Shown here piece after piece: positions 1 through 11,266 of a stretch of DNA of 64,000 nt. The stretch is from contig OZ361257.1 in NCBI GenBank assembly GCA_977018835.1, forward strand, positions 682,001 to 746,000, given 5' to 3'. The notes beneath the pieces were generated by a model. It saw only the letters and a program-made list of their open reading frames with translations, ran no database searches and was not told the DNA's origin. Position 1 is the first letter of the stretch; every line of letters starts with the position of its first letter. Position numbers and translations under genes: made by a program. The DNA is from Minutocellus sp. GHC0000111 (Eukaryota).

Positions 1-2
1 AG

Positions 3-3000
3 GCAATACTACAAAAGATCGATCGGAAGGATGATGACAACAATAGTGCCGACAAGACTCCAGCATCGCTTGATCCAACCGATAGCCTGTCGGTTCAAGA
101 CGCTGCGTACGCAGCCTTTGGCCTTGCTTTGCTAGGAGCGCGGGATTTGGGCAAACTTGGTGGGTACAAACCGAGCGAAGTTTTTTCAATCCTCTCACTC
201 CATTGTAGAGATGTGTTGCTGGCCAAGGAAACACAGATGAAATCGAGGGATTCCGAGGCCATTCAGGATGTTGTCCACGACGTAGCGACCGCTCTCTGGG
301 CCTTTTCGTGCGTGAAATCGATTTGTGGTTACCGAAGTGACGACCTCTTTGACACATGCTGCTCAATTCTTTTGTTGCAAAAATCAGATTTGAAGCAAAA
401 TGTTGCCGAAGCTGACGAGCTGGGGGATGAAGAAGTCGAAAGTGGCGACAGTGCTGCTGGCAATAGCACCATTGAATCAGAGACCATCGCAAATGTTACT
501 GATGTTAAGGCAACCGATCATATCTCGCCAATAACGATCGAAAGTTCGGTTTTGAATCGATTGGGACATAGAGAACTCGTCAACTCTCTTTGGGCACTAG
601 CAATTCATGGAAGCAGCGACAACAGAGCCCTGCACTGGGCCGAGGATACGAGCAGCAGCTCTCAACCCTCCTCTGAAACGCCCGAAGTTCTTGCCGATCT
701 ACTAATGGAACGAGTGGGCTGCTTGCTCGGTGACGAGATCGGAAGGCTCTCTGGCGAGGGCGAAAAAGAAGACCAAGGGGGTGATTCCTCGTCCGCAAAT
801 TCAGTTGACAACCAAAGTAGTGATTCCGAGCAAGATTCTGACCCAGATACTGAGACAGGGGACTCGTTCAATGACAATCAAGGTAATAGTACGAGTATCA
901 ACGGCGTTCAAGAAATGCTATGCGACGACAAAGGAGCTGGGGATAGTGCTCCAGGAGACGGAGAAGTGATACAGGTCATTAGTGCTGCTGCAATATTGGA
1001 AGAGGAAGCCAGACAACGACAAGATGATGCCAAATCATCGAAGCAGAAGAAGGTATCTGCCAAGAAAAATAACAACAACGAAGAGGTAACAGCGCCAGAA
1101 GCATCAAAAGAAGAGGAGGAGATACCGGAACTCCAGAATGACACCGACGACTCCACCAATGGAGCCCAGAAAGAAGAGCAAGCAGCTCTCGCTGAAGAAA
1201 CCAACGAAAACACGCCATCGCCGCCACAACCGCAATTATCAATCAACGATATGTGCAGCATTGCATGGGCAGCAACAGAGCTTGGCCGCGACGCGAGCGT
1301 TGATATCGTGTGGCGAATCACCATCCTCTTTTGCTACAGCCGCGAGGATGTTACCGCCGTCGGTGGGACGGCGTTATCCAACCTCGCTTGGTCAATTGCC
1401 AAGAATTTAGAGGCTTCCAATGGGAGCAAGCTGAAACCTCACATCAAAACGATTATCGACTGGATCGCCGAATCATCTCTGGAAATACTGTCGAAACAGC
1501 CCAAATACTTGTCAAAAACAGCTACCGGAAAGTGTTTCCATCCTCCTGAATTATCGAGATTGCTATGGTCCCTTAGTTTGATCCAGTCTGCGGAAACAGG
1601 TGTCCTATCTGGCGGCGGCGATACGGCTAATCGCAACCCAGTACTTGCAGCGCTTGCTGCTGAGGCGATGAGAATTACATCGTACGACCTTCCAGTATTC
1701 AGTGTTGAAGATCTTGCACGTATTCTTTGGGCTTTCACTGAGCTTGGAGATACAGCTTCGGAGGCTGATGTTTTGAGTGGGTCGACAGTTCAGTCTTTTG
1801 GTAGAATCCAGGAGACAATCGAAGCCTCTCTCTTGAGATGGGAAAGTGGCCAAAAGAATGTCACCGCAAGCCAACAGCATGAAGAGGGCGGCCTCTTCAG
1901 TCGGCTTCCTTCGACATTCTTCGGTAGAGCTCGTTCGCGTCGCCTGTCTTTGTTAAACCTCAAAATATCTGATGATGAAGACGACGACGATGGTAAGACA
2001 ACCAGCGCCAAACCAACCCTCAAGGATTTGACCGTTGATCCAGCTACATTATCAAAGCTATGCTTCGGTCTTGCTCAAGTATCGCGCAATCATCAACAAA
2101 TCATTGGTAGCGAACAGATTCTTAGAGTTGCATCTCGACTTTTCTCTTCGAAGAATGGTCGCCTTTTGTCAGAGTGCAGCCACAAAGATGTTATCAGGAT
2201 GTGCTGCGCATGTGTCGACACAATGAAATTGGCCGGAAAGGAACTCCGGGGATCAGATCGTGAGTTTGTTCTGCGCCAGTTTCCTCGGAGAGTGGCCCAA
2301 CTGATCAATACTCCACTATTAGACGGTAGGTCCTACTTGGACGACTTGTCTCCGGAGGATGTCTCTGCGATGCTTTTTGCTCTCGGAGAACTCGGTGTCA
2401 AGGCAAGTACCAGCACCGAAAGTCCCGAAACAGAGCATCGACGGCTGCGAATTGTGCCACCGTGCCCCGTTTCAGCAGAAGACATGCTGGACTCTTTGTC
2501 CCTTACCTCTGTTGCAAACTTGGTATCTGGTATCATCGCTATTGGTGACACATCTCCTAAAAATGAAGCTTTAGCTAAAGCAATGGCAAGTCTGCAGCAC
2601 CGGATTGATACAGTAGGGCCAGGAGAAACATACCTTCTCTGCCGCTTGACCGCTGCGCTTTCGAGACTGCTGAGAGCACCGATGCCCACATCATCCACTA
2701 ATTCCAATGAAAAGAAGAAAAAGTCAAGCGCAGATAGTGAGGTTATCAGTGCATCTGATGAAAGCACCGGGACTGCCGAGGAAAAGGTAATCGAAAATCT
2801 CTCTCCAGCCCAGCCCTCCTCTTCCGCAGATGACGACAAAAGCCTCAACGATGGCGCAAGTGCAAGTGCCAAGCGAGACCAAGAGGAAATTCGAAATGAG
2901 GCTCGTATTCTCTTAGGTCTTGTCCTTGAACAAGCGGCGGCACGGATAAGTGACATGTCTGGAGAGCAGATTCGACGAATATTACTTCATGTGGTGCTTC

Positions 3001-3500
3001 TTCCTCACCAAGCTGACGAATTTATCGAAGCAGCGGAGACTGAAGTCCACAAGCGACTGTCCGTTCTCAATGCTGATGCCGAAACGGCAGGGTTTGGATC
3101 GCTGGAAGAGCTTTCGCAACAGACCGTCGATGCGGCCATCGATATAGCGACATCTTTTTCAACCTCTTCACCGGGAGAAGCCGGGGATGGTCCATTCAAA
3201 TTCCTGAAAAAGGGAGGCAAAGCCAAAGATTTAGCTGCCGAGGCCAATCGAGCTGCGGCGTCGGCTTGTGAAGCAGCTGCGCGACTTGACCGAATTTACA
3301 GGGGCGCGCACTTGAAGGGTGAAGAAATACTCCATCAGATCGAGCAAGGTGCTGCTTTTGAGCTTGGTCGGTGCCTTACCCTCTTGGAACGCTATCGCCG
3401 CATTGAATTCACCGAAGATAACTTCTCCCGTCGATCTCGGTACGATGACGAGAGACGCAAGATAATCGGAAAAAGAGTCTGCAGTAGATTATTTTTCTGA
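3..3500 (+). CDS. Large helical-repeat protein (OPR/FAST/RAP-like, possible organellar RNA-binding protein); 5' end lies outside the window
   Basis: Frame is open from position 3 to the stop at 3500. Recurrent motifs ELVNSLWALA, ALSNLAWSIAK, FHPPELSRLLWSL, FSVEDLARILWAF and LSPEDVSAMLFALGEL are separated by acidic low-complexity linkers. Confidence 0.6.
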   Translation, partial: AILQKIDRKDDDNNSADKTPASLDPTDSLSVQDAAYAAFGLALLGARDLGKLGGYKPSEVFSILSLHCRDVLLAKETQMKSRDSEAIQDVVHDVATALWAFSCVKSICGYRSDDLFDTCCSILLLQKSDLKQNVAEADELGDEEVESGDSAAGNSTIESETIANVTDVKATDHISPITIESSVLNRLGHRELVNSLWALAIHGSSDNRALHWAEDTSSSSQPSSETPEVLADLLMERVGCLLGDEIGRLSGEGEKEDQGGDSSSANSVDNQSSDSEQDSDPDTETGDSFNDNQGNSTSINGVQEMLCDDKGAGDSAPGDGEVIQVISAAAILEEEARQRQDDAKSSKQKKVSAKKNNNNEEVTAPEASKEEEEIPELQNDTDDSTNGAQKEEQAALAEETNENTPSPPQPQLSINDMCSIAWAATELGRDASVDIVWRITILFCYSREDVTAVGGTALSNLAWSIAKNLEASNGSKLKPHIKTIIDWIAESSLEILSKQPKYLSKTATGKCFHPPELSRLLWSLSLIQSAETGVLSGGGDTANRNPVLAALAAEAMRITSYDLPVFSVEDLARILWAFTELGDTASEADVLSGSTVQSFGRIQETIEASLLRWESGQKNVTASQQHEEGGLFSRLPSTFFGRARSRRLSLLNLKISDDEDDDDGKTTSAKPTLKDLTVDPATLSKLCFGLAQVSRNHQQIIGSEQILRVASRLFSSKNGRLLSECSHKDVIRMCCACVDTMKLAGKELRGSDREFVLRQFPRRVAQLINTPLLDGRSYLDDLSPEDVSAMLFALGELGVKASTSTESPETEHRRLRIVPPCPVSAEDMLDSLSLTSVANLVSGIIAIGDTSPKNEALAKAMASLQHRIDTVGPGETYLLCRLTAALSRLLRAPMPTSSTNSNEKKKKSSADSEVISASDESTGTAEEKVIENLSPAQPSSSADDDKSLNDGASASAKRDQEEIRNEARILLGLVLEQAAARISDMSGEQIRRILLHVVLLPHQADEFIEAAETEVHKRLSVLNADAETAGFGSLEELSQQTVDAAIDIATSFSTSSPGEAGDGPFKFLKKGGKAKDLAAEANRAAASACEAAARLDRIYRGAHLKGEEILHQIEQGAAFELGRCLTLLERYRRIEFTEDNFSRRSRYDDERRKIIGKRVCSRLFF

Positions 3501-3582
3501 GGAGGTACCTTCGTAGGTATAATATGGCTACACAAAATAGATATCTTTCATAGACAGTTCTCTAACAATAAACACAATTCAC

Positions 3583-4950
3583 CTAAACGACCTCATGAGC
3601 ATTTGCTACTCTAGGATAGGGCCTCGTCATACTCAGCTCATCCCTGTTCAATTCAACACCAAATCCTGGCTTATCCGTCAGTGTAACATATCCATTCTCC
3701 GGCAATGGCTCGTCCTTGAAAAGTTTGCCGAAAAAGCTCACAATTTTGTCCGCCTTGGGACTCATTACAAGAAATTCCGCCAATGGACAAGAAGGGAAGC
3801 AAATCTGCATGTGATAGGAATAAACACTGCTACCATGCGGAATTACCGGAACGTCAAACGCCGAGGCCAGCGCTACGATGCGTCTTGCTTCGGTCATTCC
3901 GCCGCACCAAGTAATGTCTGGCTGAAGGACGTCGACTGCTCCACTCTCGAGAAGTTGTCTAAAGCCCCAACGGGTATTTTCATGCTCGCCAGTTGTGAGA
4001 AGAGTAGAAGAGACTTTGTTCTTGACCTCCTTGTAGCCTCCATATTGATCAGGTGGAAGAAACTCCTCGATCCATTTCACATTGTAAGGCTCCACACGAC
4101 GGGCCAGCTCGATGGTGTAGGGCACAGTGAGTGACATGTAGCAATCAATCATAAGGGGATAGTCCGGACCAACAATTTCCCGCCACTTCTTGACCTCTTC
4201 TACATTTCTACGCATACCATCTTCCCCATTTGCCGGGCCGAACGGAAGTGGAATTTTGGCACCATGAAAGCCCATCTGCTTAGCATGATCTGGGCGGGCA
4301 GTGGTTGCATAGACGGGCATCTTCTCCTTTGACTTGCCACCAAGCAGAGCATATACAGGAAGATTGCGCAACTTTCCAAGAGCGTCCCAGATAGCAAGAT
4401 CAACCGCAGAGATGGCTTGTATTGCAATGCCCTTTCTGCCATAATTCAGAGTGGCACGAAACATTTGATCCCAGATCAATTCCACATTGGAAGGATCCTG
4501 TCCTTCCACAAAGCGCGACAAATGCTTTTCGATGATGTAGCACGCAGCATCGCCTCCAATACTGATCCCGACACCGGTCATACCGTTAGATAGCTCCACT
4601 TCAACAATCACCGAGCCCATGGCATCGATGCCCCAGCTCGTTCGGCTGGCACGATACTGCTCGTAGACGCTCATAGGATTCGCAATATCGCTATCGACTA
4701 TCCAATGACCAGCAGCCTGCTTGTGACAGTCGGCTCCACCACCCTGCTCCTTCTCATCGTCATCATCGCTGAAGATAAAGGCACGGACTTCCTTGATGAG
4801 AACCGCAGAAGAATCTGGCTTGACCGGATGGTGAGGTCCTAAAATGAGAGACTGGGAAGTGAGTGGCGAGGAGATGTGAGATTTGAATGATGTGAAAGTG
4901 CACTGGCAGGGTGCTTTCGCCATGAATCGGCAAGGCAAATACTCACCATA
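3583..4950 (-). CDS. L-rhamnonate dehydratase (enolase/mandelate racemase superfamily, RhmD/LRA3-like)
   Basis: GGGADCHKQAAGHWI...IANPMSVY..YRASRTSWGI N-terminus, plus AISAVDLAIWD, LMIDCYMSL, WIEEFLPPD, TTGEHE, QPDITWCGG and PHGSSVYSYH. The 5' end is uncertain; there is a likely short intron, with a GTGAGT donor near 4946 directly after an ATG. Confidence 0.88.
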   Translation of the reverse strand, partial: YGEYLPCRFMAKAPCQCTFTSFKSHISSPLTSQSLILGPHHPVKPDSSAVLIKEVRAFIFSDDDDEKEQGGGADCHKQAAGHWIVDSDIANPMSVYEQYRASRTSWGIDAMGSVIVEVELSNGMTGVGISIGGDAACYIIEKHLSRFVEGQDPSNVELIWDQMFRATLNYGRKGIAIQAISAVDLAIWDALGKLRNLPVYALLGGKSKEKMPVYATTARPDHAKQMGFHGAKIPLPFGPANGEDGMRRNVEEVKKWREIVGPDYPLMIDCYMSLTVPYTIELARRVEPYNVKWIEEFLPPDQYGGYKEVKNKVSSTLLTTGEHENTRWGFRQLLESGAVDVLQPDITWCGGMTEARRIVALASAFDVPVIPHGSSVYSYHMQICFPSCPLAEFLVMSPKADKIVSFFGKLFKDEPLPENGYVTLTDKPGFGVELNRDELSMTRPYPRVANAHEVV

Positions 4951-5186
4951 TCCGCACAGGAAAGGGACGAGAAGGGCGAGATATCAGGTTGTCAGGCCAA
5001 GGGATGGCATCGGCCACTTGTTGTGCAAGCAAAAAGCCATCAAGGCGCAGGCGTCAAGATTCGATCTTTCTCCCAACTTTTCCCCCTTTCGTACCTCTTT
5101 TGTTTTCAGAAACAACGAGCAAAGAACATCTTCAATCGATGCGAGGTGGTCCTCAACCACCAGGCACTTATTGACCACCATGTTGA

Positions 5187-5262
5187 TGGTCATCGCAATT
5201 ATCGATTGAATTGTTACATCATTTTGGTCATCGCAATTATCGATTGAATTGTTTCATCATTT
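5187..5262. repeat. 38-bp tandem duplication
   Basis: tggtcatcgcaattatcgattgaattgtt(a/t)catcattt occurs at 5187 and 5225 with one mismatch. Confidence 0.9.
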
Positions 5263-5275
5263 TGCTTGCTTCACA

Positions 5276-5770
5276 ATGTCATCACATCTCGACCTTTGCC
5301 GCCCAACCGACGACGACGATGGGATCTCTTGTGCCCCCGGCACATCGCCGGCAAGTCGAAGAGGGAAGCGCACAGCCGACACAACATTGGCCGCATCGGC
5401 CCGCAATGGCAAATCAAGCAGTTCCACTTCCACCGCGCTCCAAACAGCCAACAACGTCGTGACTCTGCCGCTCTTGCTGTTGTTCCACATCATGACGCTG
5501 TTTTATCAATTTGCATCGAACATGCAGCCAGAGCCAATCATCAGACCATTTGCCAATCTGATGGATTCTTCATCTGAGACGGACAAGCTTCTAGAGGAAA
5601 TGCCGGCCAAGCAGTCGAAATCACAGTCAGATATCGGAAAGGTGGACAAGGACCAGGTCAAGCTGAAGCAAGACATGGAAAATTTGAGGGAAAGAACACG
5701 AAAGATCGAGGAACGGAGAGAAAGGTGGGCCAAGCAAGCGGCCGAGATTGATAGAGAAAAGAGAGAGTGA
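5276..5770 (+). CDS. Hypothetical small protein with one hydrophobic segment and a C-terminal coiled coil
   Basis: 164-aa ORF with a hydrophobic stretch (VVTLPLLLLFHIMTLFY) and a charged heptad tail. No family recognised. Confidence 0.35.
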   Translation: MSSHLDLCRPTDDDDGISCAPGTSPASRRGKRTADTTLAASARNGKSSSSTSTALQTANNVVTLPLLLLFHIMTLFYQFASNMQPEPIIRPFANLMDSSSETDKLLEEMPAKQSKSQSDIGKVDKDQVKLKQDMENLRERTRKIEERRERWAKQAAEIDREKRE

Positions 5771-6011
5771 ACGAACGAAGAAGGACCCTTTTTTGAATTG
5801 GTGCATGCAATGGTGTCGGGACACATTCGGTGAAGTTGATGGTTAAGTTTACACAAGTTTTGTGTCCGTCCCTGTTGTCACCAAAGCACCGTGATGGAAT
5901 GATGTTCATTCGCAGACTGCAAGACTGACTCTCTTTGCAGCAAAGGGTTGTTGCTCCGACCGTTTTACGGCACGGTGTGTGCAGCTGTAGCATAGGGAAC
6001 GGCGAATCCTC

Positions 6012-6031
6012 AGAGAGAGAGAGAGAGAGAG
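6012..6031. repeat. (AG)n microsatellite
   Basis: agagagagagagagagagag. Confidence 0.9.
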
Positions 6032-6254
6032 TCCCTCTATTAGAGTTCAAAGTAATGGCTTCTTGCCGCCACAGATGTTCTGATCTTGTTCACTCACACC
6101 ATCGCTTCCAACAGCTACCGGTGCGCCTACTTGATAGCACGTATCGTACGTACGTAGCTCGGCGAAGTTTGAATCTCGGCGACGGACAGACAACGTCGAA
6201 ACCAGCCAGCCAGGCAAATTTGCAAATTGCAAAGTGAACCCAAAGTGCAGAAGG

Positions 6255-7011
6255 ATGGCATCATGTGCCGGTGTGAGGGGTATACGCAACGTCTCCGGCG
6301 TATCGTGTCACATATCGTCCGCTCTTCAGGTTATCTACCATGGTTTGCCCGAGCTCCGCCAAGCTTTGATCCATTTGGCTGACGCCTCTCGTGAGCTCTC
6401 TCGTGGCGGTTGCGGGAGAAATGAGGACAATGATGGCGTCGATGCCCCTCTGACATCGGCACAGTTTGTACTCCAGCTCGGCCTGCTATTCAAGATTCTT
6501 TCATCTGAAGATATGGATGCAAATGGTTCTGCTGACGAGATCGTTGCAACCCCAGCGGTCGATCCGATGGCCCTGTACGATGTGCTTCCGTCCTCTCTCA
6601 ACTATCGCGACGTTGGTGATGCCGCTACCGCCCTTCGAGCGATATTGACGACAATACGCCTGGAATTGGACGAATTACGTAATTCAAAGCTTGAATTCGA
6701 CAAAAGCATCCTTAAAGGTACCAACAATTCATTGGGTGCATGTCTATGTGGCTCAACTGTCCAGCGAATCGAAGGGACGATGCGAACGATGGAAGTGGAT
6801 GCATCGGGAAAGAAAATTTCAAAGCTTGTGAAGAGAAGAAAGCCCGATAAAGAGCGGAAGTTGACGGTGCCCTTTCCTATCCCGGTCAAAGGATACTCTT
6901 GTCTTCATGGTGCCTTGGCAAGTGTAACAACAGATGCTCAAGTGATAAATGGATATGATTGGGAGACTGTAGACGGGTATGAGCAATCCGAGACGATTCT
7001 CGATGATGACG

Positions 7012-7066
<55 letters not shown>

Positions 7067-7757
7067 TGACGTCAATGAGAATGACGACAATGAGAATGAG
7101 GAAGAAGATTCCGTGCCGTCAGACAGCTCCTCAGACTCTTCGGACCCATCCTCTTCAGATTCTTCATCAGATACTTCCTCCTCTTCTTCAGACTCGTATT
7201 TGTCATCGAGCAGCGAGGAAGAAGTTGGCGTTTGGAAGACGAACAAATATTCATTGCTCAATGAGGTACCACAATATTTGTTCCTTCATTTGAAGCGCTT
7301 CGAGTACAGAGGCGGACAGGTGCAGGAACTATCGAGTGTATTGGATGTGCCAAAGAAAATTGATATTGCATCCTATTCAACGAATTCACCTGGAGGAGAT
7401 GGTGAATACGAATTGTCTGCTGGCATCGTTCATATCGATGAACCCATTCAGGATGCCACAAACGATATTGATGAAGACGCTGGTCATTATGTATCTTATG
7501 TGCGTTTGGGACAAGAAATCAAGGGGGACTTCGGTATAGATTATATCGACACGCAAATGGCGGAATGCAAAATCTCAAATACCACACAATGGGTCGAAAT
7601 AAATGATGAAAAAGTAACTGCATTTGACGGGGAGACTGGCGAAAATCAGGTATTGAATGTGCTGAGTGGACGATATTCCAAAAGGGACAAAGCAGGGGGA
7701 CGCAAGAAAGGGTCAAAGTATGCCACTTTATTGCTTTATAGACGGACTAATAACTGA
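6255..7757 (+). CDS. Ubiquitin-specific protease (C19/USP family)
   Basis: Cys box GIRNVSGVSCHISSALQ, PQYLFLHLKRF, His box AGHYVSYVR and WVEINDEKV. Contains an acidic/Ser-rich insertion. Confidence 0.8.
7014..7064 (+). repeat. (GACAAC)n coding hexamer repeat encoding a DN run inside the USP
   Basis: About 8 perfect gacaac units. Confidence 0.9.
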
Positions 7758-7779
7758 TATAATGTAGCTATCTTTCATT

Positions 7780-8718
7780 TTACTCTTCCTTAAGAACACC
7801 ACATTTGCTAATCTTGATGGTGCCCGAAGGAGTGCCTGAACGAGAACCATATGACTCCATCCGTTTCACGACATCGAATCCCTCGAGCACAGTGCCAAAC
7901 ACAACGTGCCGTCCGTCGAGGTGAGGGGTCTTTGTTGTGCAAATAAAGAATTGGCTGCCATTTGTATTGCGTCCGGCATTGGCCATCGAAAGGACCCCAG
8001 GTCCAGTATGCTTCAAATCAAAATTCTCATCTGGGAAGCGACCGCCATAAATGCTCATGCCGCCAGTGCCGTCCCCTCTTGTAAAGTCTCCGCCCTGACG
8101 AGTAGGAATGATCATGGGTAGAAGAGAAGCATGCGGTTGTGAGTGTGTGGATTGATCGAATTTGCAATCAACGGTTTGTTTTTCCCAATTCATTAAAAAT
8201 TTCTCCAAAAAAAAATAAACGCTATAACAAGCAAATCGACAACATACCTGAATCATAAACTTAGGAATAACCCTATGGAAGTTACTGCCTTCAAAGCCAA
8301 TGTTTTGGCCGGAGTATGTTGTGCCCTCACACAGCTTGGCGAAGTTCTCGCATGTCTTGGGAACAACGCCACCGTACAATCCCATGACAATTCGACCGGT
8401 ATCTTTACCATTGATCACGATGTCAAAAAATACTTTGCTCGTCACCTCAGCCTGAGGAGGGACCATGCCATCCCCCGAAACAATCACATCGGCACCAGTA
8501 TCCTCGGTCGCTATGCTATTCTTCATAAACGCAACGAGCCCAAAGGCAACTCCACCCGCCGCTACGAAAGTGAGGAGCTGCATATGATTGGACTTTTTCG
8601 TGGATGACGACGAGAAGGATCGCAAAGCCTGCTGCCGGGAGGCAGTCTGCATGCTGACTGTGCATCGTCTCGCCGAGAGGCGGAGCAGGGACGCGGTAGC
8701 TGCCATGGTTGATGCCAT
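7780..8718 (-). CDS. Cyclophilin-type peptidyl-prolyl isomerase with a probable mitochondrial presequence and TM segment; 2 exons (intron 8095-8247)
   Basis: [23 protein letters not shown] is restored by removing a 153-nt GT-AG intron. [17 protein letters not shown] and [10 protein letters not shown] are present. Confidence 0.95.
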   Translation of the reverse strand: MASTMAATASLLRLSARRCTVSMQTASRQQALRSFSSSSTKKSNHMQLLTFVAAGGVAFGLVAFMKNSIATEDTGADVIVSGDGMVPPQAEVTSKVFFDIVINGKDTGRIVMGLYGGVVPKTCENFAKLCEGTTYSGQNIGFEGSNFHRVIPKFMIQVCCRFACYSVYFFLEKFLMNWEKQTVDCKFDQSTHSQPHASLLPMIIPTRQGGDFTRGDGTGGMSIYGGRFPDENFDLKHTGPGVLSMANAGRNTNGSQFFICTTKTPHLDGRHVVFGTVLEGFDVVKRMESYGSRSGTPSGTIKISKCGVLKEE

Positions 8719-8721
8719 CTT

Positions 8722-8764
8722 CGCTTGCTTTACGCTTGCTTTACGCTTGCTTTACGCTTGCTTA
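8722..8764. repeat. 11-bp tandem repeat (cgcttgcttta, about x4) in the divergent cyclophilin/DUF1350 intergenic region
   Basis: Three perfect units plus one near-complete unit, 4 bp upstream of the cyclophilin ATG. Confidence 0.9.
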
Positions 8765-8907
8765 ATTTACGGTGAAAATGGCCAGCGGCGCGCGATTTCG
8801 ATCATCACGGATGACGATCAGACCGGATCTGACTCATCTTGTCGCTTTTTGTTCTTCAAGATGGTGGGCCGGCGGCATCGTCACTGTTCTCCTCACACGC
8901 ATTCACC

Positions 8908-10296
8908 ATGATGACCTCTCGATGCACCATCGCTGTTCTATCAGCATTAATGCTGACGACAAGAGTGGGCGCCTTTACGCCATGTAATGTGCCGATAATA
9001 CGAAGCAGTGCCGTCCAAGAAAGACACGTGCTACTCTCTGCCGCCACAACGTCCGATGATACAGCAGACACTGCGGAAAGTAGTCAGGCACCTCCTGCAA
9101 CAGCACGATCACCGACGCTTACAATCCCACCGTCATCTTCTAGCACATCATCTACCTCGCTCAAGACCGGCGTCGGCCAATGGGAGGAGATTGAGGGCAA
9201 CTACATACTGCGACCCCCAGCCGATTTTGGTCAGCCGCGAGCCCTCATTCATTTCTTGGGCGGTGCTCTGGTCGGTGCGGCGCCCGACATTACCTATCGG
9301 TATGTGCTGGAAGAGCTGGCCCAGGAGGGCTATCTCATCGTGGCCACGCCGTACAATCTGAGCTTCGATCATTTGCAAACCTGCGATGCGGTGATTAGCA
9401 AATTTGAACGCGTAGCGCCAAATCTTGCAAGGCAGTATGGCGCAATTCCAGTGGTTGGTGTGGGACACAGTTGTGGGTCGCTGCTGCACATTTTGATTAC
9501 CAGCCTGTTTCCTGGCACACCTCGGGCGGCGAATGCATTGCTTAGCTTCAACAACAAGCCCGTACAGGATGCGGTGCCTTTATTTTCCGAGGTTGTAGCA
9601 CCGTTCTTCACCGCGGTTGCCGATCGGAATGGCACCAGACCTAGTGGGACGGATGGATTGAATATTGGTCTGGATTTGGCCAGGGCGGCCGCACGCGGTG
9701 ATTTGCCCTCAGATGAGTTACTGAATGATGCCATTCGTTTCGTTCTGCCCGAGGCTCTGGCATCAGCAGAACCTGGTGATGTCAATGTGCCCTCAGAGCT
9801 TCGCGATGCCGTGAAAGGTCTCATTGAACCCGCAGCTACGGCATTGGAAGGTGCTGGGGTATTGCCGTTGATGGACCAAACCATTGATGTATTGGAACAG
9901 ATTCCTCTCTTGGTGGAAGAGGTTGCCGATGGTGCAAGAGATTTCATCCCTCCTCCTTCGGCAGTTCGGGCGGCAGCACGTCGTGCCTACCGAGCAAGAA
10001 GGACACTGCTATTGCAATACGACAACGATCCGTTGGATGAATCGGAGGAGATCGAGGAGCTCCTTCGAGAGGCAGAGACCGTCATGCGAATGAAGCGGCC
10101 AATGATTGCGTTTGATATTCAGCGGAGAGTATTGAAGGGCGGACATGCCGCTCCAGTCCTTGCACCTCCTCTTGATTTGGCAGAGAAGTTGGAAGATGTA
10201 TTAGGCGCCGATACGGCAAAAGAACGGCTCCTTTACGCGGAAGCTGATGCAACAGTGAAGGAGCTGCTCCAATGGCTCGATGAGGGCAAATTATAG
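8908..10296 (+). CDS. DUF1350-family alpha/beta-hydrolase-like protein, likely plastid-targeted
   Basis: Signal peptide followed by GAFTP. IHFLGGALVGAAPDITYRYVLE, IVATPY and the GVGHSCG nucleophile elbow are present. Confidence 0.8.
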   Translation: MMTSRCTIAVLSALMLTTRVGAFTPCNVPIIRSSAVQERHVLLSAATTSDDTADTAESSQAPPATARSPTLTIPPSSSSTSSTSLKTGVGQWEEIEGNYILRPPADFGQPRALIHFLGGALVGAAPDITYRYVLEELAQEGYLIVATPYNLSFDHLQTCDAVISKFERVAPNLARQYGAIPVVGVGHSCGSLLHILITSLFPGTPRAANALLSFNNKPVQDAVPLFSEVVAPFFTAVADRNGTRPSGTDGLNIGLDLARAAARGDLPSDELLNDAIRFVLPEALASAEPGDVNVPSELRDAVKGLIEPAATALEGAGVLPLMDQTIDVLEQIPLLVEEVADGARDFIPPPSAVRAAARRAYRARRTLLLQYDNDPLDESEEIEELLREAETVMRMKRPMIAFDIQRRVLKGGHAAPVLAPPLDLAEKLEDVLGADTAKERLLYAEADATVKELLQWLDEGKL

Positions 10297-10333
10297 CTAA
10301 TTTAGCTTAGCTCTATTATTTTGTGATATTCTG

Positions 10334-11266
10334 CTATTTTGAGGCACCGACAATAGGATTCAAAAGTGTGCCTATGCCATCGATTTCACATTCAACTACG
10401 TCGCCGTATTTTAGCCACAGTGGAGGATCGCGACCCAGACCAACACCTGGAGGTGTCCCAGTGGCGATAATATCACCCGGCATGAGCGTCATGAAGCGCG
10501 ACAGAAAGGCAACGAGAGCATCGCATTGAAACACCATCTGACTTGTCGTTGAATTCTGCACAGTATCTCCATTGAGTCGACAACGGATCCCAAGATTGTG
10601 AACTTGCGAGTCTGGTATCTCATCTTTTGTTACAATCACAGGGCCAATTGGAGCATAGCCATCGATGCATTTTCCAAGAAGCCATTGCCCGCCATTCTTT
10701 TCCAGTTGCCAGTCCCTTGCACTGACATCATGTACAACTGTATACCCACCCACATATCTCATCGCATCGGATTCCTTCGTATGTCGAGGTACTTTTGCGC
10801 CGATGACAATCCCTAATTCGACCTCATAATCCAGCCTTTTGGTCAGCCTCTCATCGAGTATAATTGCATCACCGGGACCGATGATGGAGGAGCCAAACTT
10901 GGAGAATACTACCGGTTCCTCTGGTACAGGCATGCCACTTTCCTTGCAATGGTCCCTATAGTTGAGACCAATACAAATGAATTTCCCCACAAGTGACCCA
11001 TCGATTGGCGGGCATAAACGACAGTCTGCGGTCGCAACGTGGAGGGAGCCACCTGGCCTTGCCTCTGGCGACGCCAGAAGAGATTTCGCCTCGTCCAGCC
11101 CACTTGATCCAAGAGCAAGGAATTCTCGAGCATCTCTTGCAATCGAAGAAAGGCGCACATATCCCTGGTTGGGGGGCAATTCAGCTGCGAGAATGACTTC
11201 GTCGCCGCCATCGGCATTATTGCTATCGCCGGGGCGATTGAGAATGATGCTTGCAAGGCGAACCAT
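10334..11266 (-). CDS. Fumarylacetoacetate hydrolase family protein (FAHD2-like)
   Basis: KFICIGLNYRDH, DYEVELGIVIG, HDVSARDWQ, GQWLLGK and PGDIIATGTPPGVG. Confidence 0.92.
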   Translation of the reverse strand: MVRLASIILNRPGDSNNADGGDEVILAAELPPNQGYVRLSSIARDAREFLALGSSGLDEAKSLLASPEARPGGSLHVATADCRLCPPIDGSLVGKFICIGLNYRDHCKESGMPVPEEPVVFSKFGSSIIGPGDAIILDERLTKRLDYEVELGIVIGAKVPRHTKESDAMRYVGGYTVVHDVSARDWQLEKNGGQWLLGKCIDGYAPIGPVIVTKDEIPDSQVHNLGIRCRLNGDTVQNSTTSQMVFQCDALVAFLSRFMTLMPGDIIATGTPPGVGLGRDPPLWLKYGDVVECEIDGIGTLLNPIVGASK

